From Verrucomicrobiia bacterium (GTDB lineage: Bacteria > Verrucomicrobiota > Verrucomicrobiia > Limisphaerales > UBA1319), in assembly GCA_963664225.1 (NCBI GenBank), contig OY760937.1:4000001-4064000 (forward strand): a stretch of 64,000 bases of DNA. The letters are read 5' to 3'. The stretch's first letter is position 1; each line of letters starts with the position of its first letter. The translations under genes were made by a program, and so were the position numbers. The notes under the pieces were generated by a model. That model made no database searches, was not told where the DNA came from, and saw nothing but the letters and a program-made list of their open reading frames with translations. This document shows positions 45,553-56,025 of the stretch, piece after piece.

Positions 45553-46935
45553 ATGAAGAAGAAAAAAAACAACCAATGGCGGACGATTTTGGCAGGATTG
45601 GTGGCCACAGCGGGCTTTAGTCCCATGATCCAGGGGCAATCTTCCGATGCCCTGTTGGACAAGTTGGTGGATAAAGGCGTTTTAACGGTGAAAGAGGCCA
45701 ATGACTTGCGTGAGGAATCCGACAAGGGATTCAACCAGGCTTACCAGGTCAAGAGCGGGATGCCGGATTGGGTGACGAGTCTCAAGATCAATGGCGATTT
45801 CCGCGGACGTTATGAAAACATTGGGCCCAACAGCGGCGCGGCCGCTCCAGGTAGTGCGACATTCGATCAGTATATGGCTGATCGCAATCGCTTCCGATAT
45901 CGCATGCGCCTGGGCATCACGGCGACGATTCAGGACAATTTCGAGGTGGGCATGCGCTTAACTTCGAGCGAGCCCGCCAAAGGCGGCTCAGGCAACGGGG
46001 GGGATCCCATTTCCGGCAACACCACCATGAGCAACAACGGTTCCAAGAAATTCGTCTATTTGGATCTGGCGTATGGGAAATGGACTCCGATCAACGATGG
46101 GGATTGGACAACGGCATTCACCGTGGGAAAAATGGAGAATCCGTTTACCACGTCGGACATGGTGTTCGATGGGGATTACACCCCGGAAGGCTTTGCAGAG
46201 CAATTTGGCTATAATATCAACAGCAAGCATGCGTTGAAGTTGAACCTGGGTCAGTTCGCCTTATTGGAAGCAAGCACGAAGGCGCGGGATCCTTTCCTGT
46301 TTGGTTCTCAATTGCGCTGGGATGCCACCTGGACACCCAAGTGGCAGTCTTCGATGGGTGTGGCGGGCTATCTGCTCACGGATTCAGACCGCCTGCTGAC
46401 CTCTGCGGTTCCGGACCAAAACGCCGGTAACGAACGCGACGCATCCGGCAAGCTGGCCAACGCCTACAATCCCGTCGTGGTGGATGCCTCGGTGACCTAT
46501 AACCTGAGTTCCTTTCCGCTTTACAAGGGGGCTTTCCCCATAAAGCTCGGGACCGAATACATGAATAATCCCGCCGCGAAGAATGCCAACGAAGGCTATT
46601 GGGTCGGCATGTTCCTTGGAAAATCGGGCAAAAAAGGAACTTGGGATCTAAGCTATCGCTGGAAGGAATTGCAGGGCAATGCGTGGTATGAGGAGTTTGT
46701 GGATTCCGATTACGGCGCTTATTATTCGAGCGTCAGCCCCACTCTCCCCCGGTCCTCAGCAGGAGGATATGCGGCGGGCACAAATGTGCGCGGACACATC
46801 ATCAAGGCTTCTTACTCACCATACGATTCACTCACCCTGGCGGTCACCTATTTCCTGACGGAAGTGATCGACCAACCGCTTGCGAAGTCGGAACCAACCG
46901 GACGTTTGCAGATTGATGCCACCTTGAAGTTCTAA
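45553..46935 (+). CDS. Putative outer-membrane porin heading the phosphate operon
   Basis: Signal peptide; DALLDKLVDKGVLT..EA helical N-terminus; GDFRGRYE, RNRFRYRMRLG, terminal RLQIDATLKF (C-terminal Phe). Confidence 0.8.
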   Translation: MKKKKNNQWRTILAGLVATAGFSPMIQGQSSDALLDKLVDKGVLTVKEANDLREESDKGFNQAYQVKSGMPDWVTSLKINGDFRGRYENIGPNSGAAAPGSATFDQYMADRNRFRYRMRLGITATIQDNFEVGMRLTSSEPAKGGSGNGGDPISGNTTMSNNGSKKFVYLDLAYGKWTPINDGDWTTAFTVGKMENPFTTSDMVFDGDYTPEGFAEQFGYNINSKHALKLNLGQFALLEASTKARDPFLFGSQLRWDATWTPKWQSSMGVAGYLLTDSDRLLTSAVPDQNAGNERDASGKLANAYNPVVVDASVTYNLSSFPLYKGAFPIKLGTEYMNNPAAKNANEGYWVGMFLGKSGKKGTWDLSYRWKELQGNAWYEEFVDSDYGAYYSSVSPTLPRSSAGGYAAGTNVRGHIIKASYSPYDSLTLAVTYFLTEVIDQPLAKSEPTGRLQIDATLKF

Positions 46936-46957
46936 TTTCCATTTCAACCAGATTATT

Positions 46958-47806
46958 ATGAAACAATTATTATCGAAAATCGCGTGCATCGCGGCATTGA
47001 CCGTCATGGCGGTTGCCTCACAGGCCGGCAACATCACGGCCAAAGGCTCGGATACACTGGTCATTCTGGCTCAAAAATGGGCCGAGACATATATGGGCAG
47101 TCACCCCGGGGTGACCATTCAGGTGACAGGCGGAGGTTCGGGCACCGGCTTTGCTGCGCTCCAAAACCAGACGACCGATCTGGCCAACGCATCGCGCAAG
47201 ATCAAGGCCAAGGAAATCGAAGCCTGCATCAAGGCATTCAGCAAGCGGCCCACGGAATACAAGGTGTGCCTGGACGGTCTGTCGATCTATGTCAACACCG
47301 ATAACGAGATCAAGGAATTGAGCCTCGAACAGCTCGAAGGCCTCTTCACCGGGCGGATCAAGAACTGGAAGGAAGTGGGCGGGGCTGACGCGCCCGTCAC
47401 GCTCTACAGCCGCGAAAACAGTTCCGGCACCTATGAGTTCTTCAAAGAGCACGTGCTCAAAGGCAAGGATTTTGCAGCCAGCGCGCAAACGATGCCGGGC
47501 ACGGCGGCGGTTCTCCAGTCGGTGGCCAAGGATAAGAACGGCATCGGTTACGGCGGCGCCGCCTATGGCGCGGGCGCCAAACATCTGCTGGTCAAGAAAG
47601 ACGCCTCATCCCCGGCCATTGAGCCGAACGAGGAAACGGTCATCAAGGGAACCTATCCCATCTGGCGTTATCTCTACATCTACGTCAACCCCGCGCTCGA
47701 CAAAGATGAAGTGGCGGCGTATTTGAACTGGATTCGCAGCGATGAGGGTCAAAAAGTGGTCAAGGACATCGGCTACTACCCTTTGCCGGCGAACTTGCGC
47801 CAGTGA
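46958..47806 (+). CDS. pstS: Phosphate ABC transporter substrate-binding protein
   Basis: KGSDTL, GGGSGTG, ANASR, SRENSSGTYEFF, YPIWRYLY. Confidence 0.95.
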   Translation: MKQLLSKIACIAALTVMAVASQAGNITAKGSDTLVILAQKWAETYMGSHPGVTIQVTGGGSGTGFAALQNQTTDLANASRKIKAKEIEACIKAFSKRPTEYKVCLDGLSIYVNTDNEIKELSLEQLEGLFTGRIKNWKEVGGADAPVTLYSRENSSGTYEFFKEHVLKGKDFAASAQTMPGTAAVLQSVAKDKNGIGYGGAAYGAGAKHLLVKKDASSPAIEPNEETVIKGTYPIWRYLYIYVNPALDKDEVAAYLNWIRSDEGQKVVKDIGYYPLPANLRQ

Positions 47807-47964
47807 TTGCTTACCACTGATCCGCAGTTCCTCCTGCGATCAATGATGGTCTGGACGGCCCCGGTCTTTAGCCGGGTCCGTTCAGTAATGACAAGAACAT
47901 CGGGCTTTAGCCCAATATTAACGTGACCAACCGGCCCTGGCATTTTGCCTGAGGCCACCACATT

Positions 47965-49170
47965 TTGAGCGCAATATCTGACATGCGGCCCGTCGCTCCC
48001 CGGAGCCGGATCAACCGAACCCCGGGCTGGATGGGGATCAAGCGCGGGCACAAGGCCAAACCTGTTGAGTGGATGGCTGAGAAGATGATCTTTGGGGTGT
48101 CGCTCTCGGCAATCGTGATGGTCTTTTTGATCTTCGCGTTTGTCACCCGGGAGGCGCTCCCAGTCATCATGGGCCGAACCAACACGGCTGCGGCGCGTGC
48201 GGCACGTCCAGTCGGGGACATGGACAAAATGTCGCCGCGCGAGCTTCAAGAATATCTGGAATTAACGCCCGCCGAATTTGAAAAAAAGGACAGGGAGACC
48301 ATCAAACTTCTGATGGAGGTCAAGATCGAGGCGGGACAGGAATTGCGCGCGGACAAGGACTCTGAGATCAACACCTCCGCATGGTATTACATGCTGCATC
48401 CGTATCGCTGGACCGGGTATGACAAACGGGTTTCCATCTGGCAGCCTGTTTCGCAGATTGCCAAGTACAATATCATCCCTCTGATTGTCGGAAGCTTGAA
48501 GGTGACCTTTGTGGCGCTGCTTTTTGGGGTGCCCATGGCTTTGGGCGCGGCGATATATGTTTCTCAACTGGCCTCGCCGCGAGTGCGGGAATGGCTCAAG
48601 CCGATCATTGAATTGCTGGCGGGCATTCCTTCAGTGGTGCTCGGCTTTTTCGCGCTGATGGTCATGGCCAGCGTTCTGCAATACACTTTTGGCGCTCAAT
48701 CCCGGCTCAACGCCTTTGTGGCGGGTCTGGCATTGAGTGTGGCCATCATACCGGTCGTGTTCTCCATTGCCGAGGATGCACTGACCAGCGTGCCGCGCAG
48801 TTATACGCAGGCCGCTCTGGCCCTGGGCGCGTCGCGTTGGAAGGCGGCCTGGCAGGTGGTGTTGCCGGCGGCGATTCCCGGTGTTTTTGCCGCTGTGGTG
48901 CTGGGATTTGGACGGGCCATTGGCGAAACCATGGTGGTGCTTATGGCCAGTGGAAACGCCAGCATCCTCTCATGGAGCCTGTTCGATTCAACCCGGACGA
49001 TTACTGCCACCATTGCCGCGGAACTGGCCGAAACCGTATTTGGCGGAACCCATTACCGAATCCTTTTTCTGATTGGCTCCCTGTTGTTCATAGTGACATT
49101 TTTCTCCAACATGCTCGGTGAAATGGTCATTCACAATCTGAAGCGCCGGATGGAGGGCAAGGGGCAATGA
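47965..49170 (+). CDS. pstC: Phosphate ABC transporter permease
   Basis: IELLAGIPSVVLGFF, EDALTSVP...ALALGAS, GRAIGETMVV; start uncertain. Confidence 0.93.
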   Translation: MSAISDMRPVAPRSRINRTPGWMGIKRGHKAKPVEWMAEKMIFGVSLSAIVMVFLIFAFVTREALPVIMGRTNTAAARAARPVGDMDKMSPRELQEYLELTPAEFEKKDRETIKLLMEVKIEAGQELRADKDSEINTSAWYYMLHPYRWTGYDKRVSIWQPVSQIAKYNIIPLIVGSLKVTFVALLFGVPMALGAAIYVSQLASPRVREWLKPIIELLAGIPSVVLGFFALMVMASVLQYTFGAQSRLNAFVAGLALSVAIIPVVFSIAEDALTSVPRSYTQAALALGASRWKAAWQVVLPAAIPGVFAAVVLGFGRAIGETMVVLMASGNASILSWSLFDSTRTITATIAAELAETVFGGTHYRILFLIGSLLFIVTFFSNMLGEMVIHNLKRRMEGKGQ

Positions 49171-50120
49171 GCGCTTTTAAGAACATACACCGTTTCAGGG
49201 CGCGCCAATGGGATGCCATTTCATTTTGTTCCACCGGCCTTACTGGTCTGGCCACCATTCTGATCATCGCGATCCTGGCCGTCATCCTGGGGAACATTCT
49301 CATTAACGGCTGGCCGCATCTATCCTGGAAATTCATGGCGGGCGGCACAGAGAAGGATATGTTCAGCGTGGGCGGTTCGGGAGTGATGCCGATGATTTTC
49401 GGCACCGCGGCTCGAGTGATTCTCATGAGCATATTTGTCATGCCTGTGGGCGTGATCACGGCCATCTACCTGACGGAATATGCCCGCACATCCTCACCGG
49501 CCACACGGATCATAAGAGGAGCGGTCAACAATCTGGCCGGCGTGCCCTCCATCGTCTTTGGATTATTTGGCCTGGGATTTTTCATCAATTTTATGGGGCA
49601 AAACATGGATGAATTGCTGCGCCCCGGAAGTCAGGAGCCATTGTGGGGCAAGCCAGCCATCGTCTGGGCATCCATGACCCTGGCGGTGATGACACTGCCG
49701 GTGGTGATTGTGGCCACCGAGGAATCATTGAAGGCGATTCCCCAGGGATTGCGGGAGGCGAGCCTCGCTTTGGGAGCGACCAAACTGGAAACGATCCTCA
49801 AGATCGTGTTGCCGCAGGCGTTGCCGGGAATCATGACGGGCGCCATTCTGGCGATCAGCCGTGCCGCGGGGGAGGTGGCGCCGATCCTTTTCACGGGCGC
49901 GGCCTATTACATGGCCCAGCTTCCGCATTCGCTCACAGACCAGTTCATGGACCTGGGTTATCATGTCTTCATTTTATCGACCCAGTCCCCCAATATTGAG
50001 CAGACCCGCCCAATCCTGTATGCCACAGTGCTGGTGCTTTTGCTGTTAACCTTTGCCCTGAACCTGGTGGCGATTGTCATTCGCGCGCGCATTCGCGCGA
50101 AAATGCGCTCACTCCAATAA
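49167..50120 (+). CDS. pstA: Phosphate ABC transporter permease
   Basis: [47 protein letters not shown] overlap with pstC. Confidence 0.95.
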   Translation: MSAFKNIHRFRARQWDAISFCSTGLTGLATILIIAILAVILGNILINGWPHLSWKFMAGGTEKDMFSVGGSGVMPMIFGTAARVILMSIFVMPVGVITAIYLTEYARTSSPATRIIRGAVNNLAGVPSIVFGLFGLGFFINFMGQNMDELLRPGSQEPLWGKPAIVWASMTLAVMTLPVVIVATEESLKAIPQGLREASLALGATKLETILKIVLPQALPGIMTGAILAISRAAGEVAPILFTGAAYYMAQLPHSLTDQFMDLGYHVFILSTQSPNIEQTRPILYATVLVLLLLTFALNLVAIVIRARIRAKMRSLQ

Positions 50121-50131
50121 CCATTTTTATC

Positions 50132-50953
50132 ATGGCTGATGCCACACTCCAAAACCTGGTTGTCAAAGACCGCAGCACTCCCAAAATGGAACAGGCGGGC
50201 GGGCCCTTCATCACGGTCGAGAATCTCGATCTTTTCTACGGCGCATCACAAGCGCTCAAACGCATCTCCCTCAATCTGCGCGAAAAAGTGGTCACCGCGT
50301 TCATCGGGCCTTCGGGCTGCGGCAAATCGACCCTGCTGCGTTGTTTCAATCGGATGAACGATCTCATCGACAATGTCCACATCAATGGGCGCGTGACTAT
50401 CGCCGGGGAGGATATCTTTAGCGACGATGTCGATGTCATCGAACTGCGCAAGCGGGTGGGCATGGTGTTCCAGCGGTCCAATCCGTTTCCAAAATCGATC
50501 TACGAGAACATTGCTTACGGGTTGAGGCTGCACGGCATGCGTGACAAGGGGGAGATGGATGCGCGTGTCGAGCAAAGCCTCCGCCAGGCGGCTTTGTGGG
50601 ACGAAGTCAAGGATCGCCTGCATGACAGCGCATTGGGGCTTTCGGGTGGGCAGCAGCAGCGCGTTTGCATCGCGCGGGCCATTGCGATCGAACCGGACAT
50701 CATTCTGATGGACGAGCCGGCATCCGCTTTGGATCCGATCGCAACGGCCAAGATCGAAGAATTGATTCTCGACCTCAAAAAGGACTTCACGATCATCATT
50801 GTTACCCATAACATGCAGCAGGCCGCACGCATTTCCGATGAAACTGCGTTTTTTTATTTGGGTGAGCTGGTTGAGTTCGATAGCACGGTCAAAATATTCA
50901 CGAAACCTTCCAAGAGGCAGACTGAGGATTATGTGACCGGGCGGTTCGGATGA
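50132..50953 (+). CDS. pstB: Phosphate ABC transporter ATPase
   Basis: [45 protein letters not shown]. Confidence 0.97.
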   Translation: MADATLQNLVVKDRSTPKMEQAGGPFITVENLDLFYGASQALKRISLNLREKVVTAFIGPSGCGKSTLLRCFNRMNDLIDNVHINGRVTIAGEDIFSDDVDVIELRKRVGMVFQRSNPFPKSIYENIAYGLRLHGMRDKGEMDARVEQSLRQAALWDEVKDRLHDSALGLSGGQQQRVCIARAIAIEPDIILMDEPASALDPIATAKIEELILDLKKDFTIIIVTHNMQQAARISDETAFFYLGELVEFDSTVKIFTKPSKRQTEDYVTGRFG

Positions 50954-51009
50954 GGCGTCGGATGCAGGCGAAGACAGGAATTTTAAGAAAAAGATAACCT
51001 TACACAGAT

Positions 51010-51696
51010 ATGCAACGGCATTTTGACCAGGACCTTTTGGTGTTGCGTGAAAAGCTGCTGACCATGGCCAGCCATGCCGAGCAATCGGTTAATTTGGCGA
51101 TCAAGGCCCTGGTGGAGCGCGATGACGATCTGGCCCGCCAGGTGAAGGCGGCGGACGCCACGCTCGATCGATTCGAGATCGACATGGACGAGTTGGCCAT
51201 CAAGCTGCTCGCCCTCAAGGCGCCCGTGGCCGGGGACTTGCGCCTGATCACCATGGGCATGAAAATCTCCCAGAACCTCGAGCGCGTGGGGGATGAGGCC
51301 ACAACCATCGCGCGCCGCGTGCTCATTTTGAACCAGGAGCCTCCGCTCAAGCCGTTTGTCGATTTGCCCAGGATGGCCGGCATCGCCGTCCAGATGCTTT
51401 GCGGTTCTCTCGAGGCTTTCATCAACATGAACACAGTATTGGCCCGCGAGATCATTGCCCGCGATCATGAGGTCGATGACCTCAACAAGCAGGTGCATCG
51501 CGAGGTGGTCAGTTTCATGATCGAAAATCCGCAGACCATCACGCGCGGTTTGAATTTAATGGTTATTTCAAAGAGTCTGGAACGCATTGCCGATCATGCG
51601 ACCAATATTGCCGAGGAAATCGTGTTTTTATGCGAAGGCCGGGATATTCGCCACGCGGCTCATCTTGCGGCCATTGAAAGCAACCAAACCTCCTAA
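51010..51696 (+). CDS. phoU: Phosphate signalling protein PhoU
   Basis: PVAGDLR...LERVGDEA and LERIADHATNIAE repeats. Confidence 0.95.
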   Translation: MQRHFDQDLLVLREKLLTMASHAEQSVNLAIKALVERDDDLARQVKAADATLDRFEIDMDELAIKLLALKAPVAGDLRLITMGMKISQNLERVGDEATTIARRVLILNQEPPLKPFVDLPRMAGIAVQMLCGSLEAFINMNTVLAREIIARDHEVDDLNKQVHREVVSFMIENPQTITRGLNLMVISKSLERIADHATNIAEEIVFLCEGRDIRHAAHLAAIESNQTS

Positions 51697-51698
51697 GA

Positions 51699-52379
51699 AT
51701 GAAATCGAAAATATTGGTGGTGGATGATGAGCCAGATGTCGTTGAGCTGGTCGAGTTCAATCTTCGCAACGCGGGCTTCGATGTCATTACCGCCGAGGAC
51801 GGGGAGGCGGCCCTTAAGAAAGCCAAAAGCTCCGCCCCCGATCTGCTTGTTCTCGATATCATGCTGCCCGAAATCGATGGTTTCGAGGTGTGCAAACTGC
51901 TGCGTCGCGATCCCGCCACCGCCAAGATCCCGATCATCATGCTTACGGCCAAGGCTGCGGAGATCGACCGCGTCCTCGGACTCGAGTTTGGCGCCGATGA
52001 TTATTTGACCAAACCCTTCAGTCCGCGTGAATTGATTCTGCGCATCAAGAAACTCATCCAGCGCAAAACCGGGGAGGCTGAAAAGGCCGAGCAATATCGA
52101 GCCGGCGCCCTGACGCTGGACACCGCGCGGCATATGGTGGCCGTCAACGACGAGCCGGTGGTTCTGACCGCCACGGAGTTCAATCTGCTCCTGATCCTCG
52201 TTCAGCGGCGCGGGCGCGTCCAATCCCGGGATCAGCTTTTGCGAGATGTCTGGGGTTATGACCGGATCGTCGATACGCGCACCGTGGATACGCACATGCG
52301 ACGTCTGCGTGAAAAGCTGGGTCCGGTCTCGGAATTTCTGGAAACAGTGCGCAATGTCGGCTATCGGTTTACTGAGTGA
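51699..52379 (+). CDS. phoB: OmpR-family response regulator PhoB/PhoP
   Basis: Receiver domain (VVDDE, LDIMLP, TAK, KPF) plus winged helix (RTVDTHMRRLREKL); operon context. Confidence 0.9.
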   Translation: MKSKILVVDDEPDVVELVEFNLRNAGFDVITAEDGEAALKKAKSSAPDLLVLDIMLPEIDGFEVCKLLRRDPATAKIPIIMLTAKAAEIDRVLGLEFGADDYLTKPFSPRELILRIKKLIQRKTGEAEKAEQYRAGALTLDTARHMVAVNDEPVVLTATEFNLLLILVQRRGRVQSRDQLLRDVWGYDRIVDTRTVDTHMRRLREKLGPVSEFLETVRNVGYRFTE

Positions 52380-52397
52380 GGCTTGGCCTTGTCCGAT

Positions 52398-53618
52398 ATG
52401 TGGATTGCACTGACGATTATTTTGGCGGCCGCCATATTGCTTTGGACGCTAGAGGAGCGGTGGCGGCGGCGTTGTCGTCTACTCCAGGAGGAGAACACAG
52501 CTCAGCAGGCAAAGCTGGATGCCCTTGCACATCAATTCGAACACGCCATCGCGCATCAAAAAGCCCAATTGGAGGCCTTTTTCGACAGCATGGTAGAAGG
52601 TGTACTCGTGCTGGATTCCGAGCAAACGGTTCGCCGGATCAATCCCGCGCTGCGCCAGATTTTCCAGATTAACGGAGAGGCCGAGGGCCTGAGTCTGATG
52701 GAAATCCTGCGCCGACATGAGTTGCTGGACCTGGTGCGGAGGGTGGAGAACGAGGGAAAAGGCGGCGGCATCGATCTGGAATGGGAGATTCCCCAACCCC
52801 GATTCCTTCGCGCCAATGCCATTCCGTTTCATGATCCCCTGGGAATCTCGAACGATGTCATCGTCATCTTTCACGATCTGACCCGCGTCAAACAGTTGGA
52901 GAGCATACGGCAGGATTTTGTCGCCAACGTGAGCCATGAATTGAGGACGCCTCTGTCCATGATCAAGGGCTACGTGGAGACGCTTCAGGACGGGGCCAAG
53001 AACGACCCCGTCTCATTGGCCCGATTTCTGAATATCATCCAAAAGCACGCCGACCGGCTTGCGTTCCTCATCGAAGATCTATTGACGCTCTCGCGGCTGG
53101 ATTCCGGCAGGATGCAGTTGAATTTTCAAAATCTCGAAATTCATGACGAGGTGGAACGCGTGGTGCGCGATCTGACCGATCGCGCCGCTCAACGAAAGAT
53201 CGCCCTCATCAACGCATTGCCCGCAGGCATTCAGATCAAGGCCGATCCCGAGCGGTTGAGCCAGATTCTGGTCAACCTCCTGGATAATGCCATCAAATAT
53301 GGTCGGCCCGAAGGCCGGGTCGAAGTGGGCGGCGGAATGGTCCAGGACGGTCTGGTGGAACTCTTTGTCCGGGACAACGGACCGGGCATTCCGGCCGAAT
53401 CCGTAAGCCGGGTATTCGAGCGGTTCTACCGCGTGGACCGCGCGCGCTCCCGAGATCAGGGCGGCACGGGCCTGGGCCTGGCCATTGTCAAACACTTGGT
53501 CCAATCCCACGGTGGCAAAGTATGGCTCGAAAGCACCCTTGGCAAAGGCTGCTGCTTCCATTTCACTTTGCCACTGGCGGCGGCGGAAAATATCCCGGCA
53601 ACACCAGTAAAATCCTGA
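52398..53618 (+). CDS. phoR: Sensor histidine kinase PhoR
   Basis: TM, PAS-like domain, DFVANVSHELRTPL, NLLDNAIKY, FERFYRVDRARSR..GGTGLGL. Confidence 0.92.
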   Translation: MWIALTIILAAAILLWTLEERWRRRCRLLQEENTAQQAKLDALAHQFEHAIAHQKAQLEAFFDSMVEGVLVLDSEQTVRRINPALRQIFQINGEAEGLSLMEILRRHELLDLVRRVENEGKGGGIDLEWEIPQPRFLRANAIPFHDPLGISNDVIVIFHDLTRVKQLESIRQDFVANVSHELRTPLSMIKGYVETLQDGAKNDPVSLARFLNIIQKHADRLAFLIEDLLTLSRLDSGRMQLNFQNLEIHDEVERVVRDLTDRAAQRKIALINALPAGIQIKADPERLSQILVNLLDNAIKYGRPEGRVEVGGGMVQDGLVELFVRDNGPGIPAESVSRVFERFYRVDRARSRDQGGTGLGLAIVKHLVQSHGGKVWLESTLGKGCCFHFTLPLAAAENIPATPVKS

Positions 53619-53653
53619 TGCACGCGTACTGATCCGGGGTGGAACGGTCTTCG

Positions 53654-55744
53654 TTATTCGGGATGCTCAACCACGTCTTTTTTGGAGCTTTCGATGATCT
53701 TTTTGGCCTGTTCGCCCGGCACAGGGTCGTAATGGGAAAAGGACTTGGTAAAGAAACCGCGTCCCTGTGTGATCGAACGCAGCGCCTGGCTGTAGGTTTG
53801 AATTTCGGCCTCCGGCACTTTGGCCGAGATCCTCTGAAATGATCCGTCCGGGTCCATGCCCGCGATTTTGCCCCGGCGCGAGGAGAGATCGCCCATCACG
53901 TCGCCCGTGTACTTTTCGGGAACGCTCACGTGCAAATCCACGATCGGTTCGAGCAGAATCGGCCCCGCCTTTTCAAAGGCAAGCTTGAACGCCTCCCGTC
54001 CGGCGATCTGGAAGGCAATATCCTTGGAATCGACCGGGTGGGTTTTGCCGTCCACCAAGATGACGCGCAGATCGACAATGGGATAACCGGCAAGAATGCC
54101 TATTTCCAGACGGGTGCGAATGCCTTTATCGACGCTCGGACGGAAGGATTGGTCGATGACCCCACCCACGATTTTATCCACAAATTCGTAACCCGTGCCG
54201 CGCGGCAGTGGTTCCATGTCGATGGCCACCCGTCCATATTGGCCAGCTCCGCCGGATTGCTTTTTGTGGGTATAATCCACGTAGCGAACAACTTTAGTCA
54301 CGGTTTCCCTATAGGAAATTTTCGGCGGCTTGCGATCCACCTCAACCTTGAACCTCCGTTTGAGGTTGTCGAGGATCATGTCGATGTGTACATCGCCCAT
54401 CCCTGAGAGCAGTTCCTGGCGGATATCGGAATGGTATTTGAAGGAAAAGCTGGGATCCTCCTCGTGCAGTTTGTTGATGCCCATGCCGAGCTTGTCTTCG
54501 TCGCCCTTGGTCTTGGGGGTGATGGCCACACTGACCAGCGGAATGGGAAAGGGGATGTGAGGCAGAGCGTAGGCGGCCCCTTTTTCGGCCAGGGTATCGT
54601 TGGTATGGGTGCTTTTGAGCTTGAGCAGCGCGCCGATGTCGCCGGCGGCAATCTCCGTGGTGTCCACCCGATCATGGCCGCGCAGGAAATACATGTTGCC
54701 CGGCTTCTCGACAATGTTGTGTGTGCAATTCTGGACTTCAACTCCCGTGGCCAGTTTGCCACCGAAGACGCGCACAAGATTGAATTCGCCGATATGCTCC
54801 TCGGAAATGGTCTTGAAGACAAAAGCCGCCAGCGGGGCGCCGATCTTGCAAGGAAGGGCTTTATCGCCCGTGCCGTTTTTGGCGATGATCTCGGTGCGGT
54901 GCGAGGCCGGAGGGCAATAGGCCGCCACCGCGTCCAGAACCAGGTCCGTGCCCATGTTCTGAAGCGCGCTGCCGCACAGGAGCGGTTGGATGGTGCCTTC
55001 GAGCATTCCTTTGGCGATGCCTTTCTTCAGTTCACCGGCGCTCAGCGTGCCCTTGTCGAAATAGACGTTCATGAGGGCTTCGTCCGTTTCCGCCACCGCT
55101 TCCATGAGGGTGACGCGCCATTTCTCCACCTCCTCCCGAAGGTGTGCCGGGATGCCGATTTTAACACCCGTGCCCGAACCCTCGCGGGGGTAGGAATAGG
55201 CCTCCATGCTGACCAGGTCGACAACGCCGGCGAAGGTCGCGCCCGAACCGATGGGAATCTGTATGGGTGCGAGAGAGGTTTTGAAATGCTCCTGCAAGTC
55301 GTGGAAAACGGTCTCAAAATTCGCGTTTTCCTTATCCATGCCGTTTATGAAGAACAGGATGGGCAGCTTTGCGTTGCCGGCCAGACGCAACACGATTTCC
55401 GTTCCCACCTGAATGCCGCTGACCGCATCGACGAGAACGATTGCCGCATCTGTCACGGTCAACGCTGCGTTGACATCGCCCACCAAATCGAGAAACCCGG
55501 GTGTATCCAGAAAGTTGAGCTTGGTGTCTTTCCATTCGCAAAAACCCAGCGCCATCGAGAGGGTCATCTTGCGTTCTTTTTCGTCGGGACGACTGTCGTA
55601 AATACTGGTGCCATTGGACACTTTACCCAGGCGCGTGGTTCCTTTTGAAGTGAAACTGAGGGCTTCCAGCAGGGAGGTTTTGCCCACACCACCGTGGGAT
55701 AACAAGCATGCATTCCGAATCGATTGAGCGTCGTATTTGTTCAT
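53654..55744 (-). CDS. fusA2: Elongation factor G paralog (EF-G2/EF-G II type)
   Basis: Five-domain EF-G layout (YRET, HKKQSGGAGQYG, HPVDS, LLEPI, GDVMGDLSSRRG) with non-canonical G motifs SHGGVGKT, DTPGF, INGMD. Confidence 0.9.
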   Translation of the reverse strand: MNKYDAQSIRNACLLSHGGVGKTSLLEALSFTSKGTTRLGKVSNGTSIYDSRPDEKERKMTLSMALGFCEWKDTKLNFLDTPGFLDLVGDVNAALTVTDAAIVLVDAVSGIQVGTEIVLRLAGNAKLPILFFINGMDKENANFETVFHDLQEHFKTSLAPIQIPIGSGATFAGVVDLVSMEAYSYPREGSGTGVKIGIPAHLREEVEKWRVTLMEAVAETDEALMNVYFDKGTLSAGELKKGIAKGMLEGTIQPLLCGSALQNMGTDLVLDAVAAYCPPASHRTEIIAKNGTGDKALPCKIGAPLAAFVFKTISEEHIGEFNLVRVFGGKLATGVEVQNCTHNIVEKPGNMYFLRGHDRVDTTEIAAGDIGALLKLKSTHTNDTLAEKGAAYALPHIPFPIPLVSVAITPKTKGDEDKLGMGINKLHEEDPSFSFKYHSDIRQELLSGMGDVHIDMILDNLKRRFKVEVDRKPPKISYRETVTKVVRYVDYTHKKQSGGAGQYGRVAIDMEPLPRGTGYEFVDKIVGGVIDQSFRPSVDKGIRTRLEIGILAGYPIVDLRVILVDGKTHPVDSKDIAFQIAGREAFKLAFEKAGPILLEPIVDLHVSVPEKYTGDVMGDLSSRRGKIAGMDPDGSFQRISAKVPEAEIQTYSQALRSITQGRGFFTKSFSHYDPVPGEQAKKIIESSKKDVVEHPE

Positions 55745-55861
55745 TTGATCTCCATCTCGAAACTGAGCTTATCGGTTGCCGGGCAGCTTTCGCGTTAAAG
55801 CGCCGGTTGCCCAAGCTACGGACCACCCTTTCGCGGGGTGGAACAACTTCAAGGGCTATGG

Positions 55862-55876
55862 CCTTATAATATAAGG
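55862..55876. promoter_or_regulatory. Palindrome CCTTATA-A-TATAAGG containing TATAAT, between divergent fusA2 and xylA
   Basis: Perfect 7-1-7 inverted repeat; + strand TATAAT at 55865-55870. Confidence 0.45.
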
Positions 55877-56025
55877 ATTTGCGGTGGATTGGCAATCGAA
55901 ATCCGTTGTGGGATGAAGAAATTTTGAAGATTGATTTCAACGGGCGCAAATTGAGGGCGGTAGCGTTAAAAATATTCTATGCAAATGCGGTGTTGGGTGT
56001 ATTTTTTCAACTCGAAGCACATATT

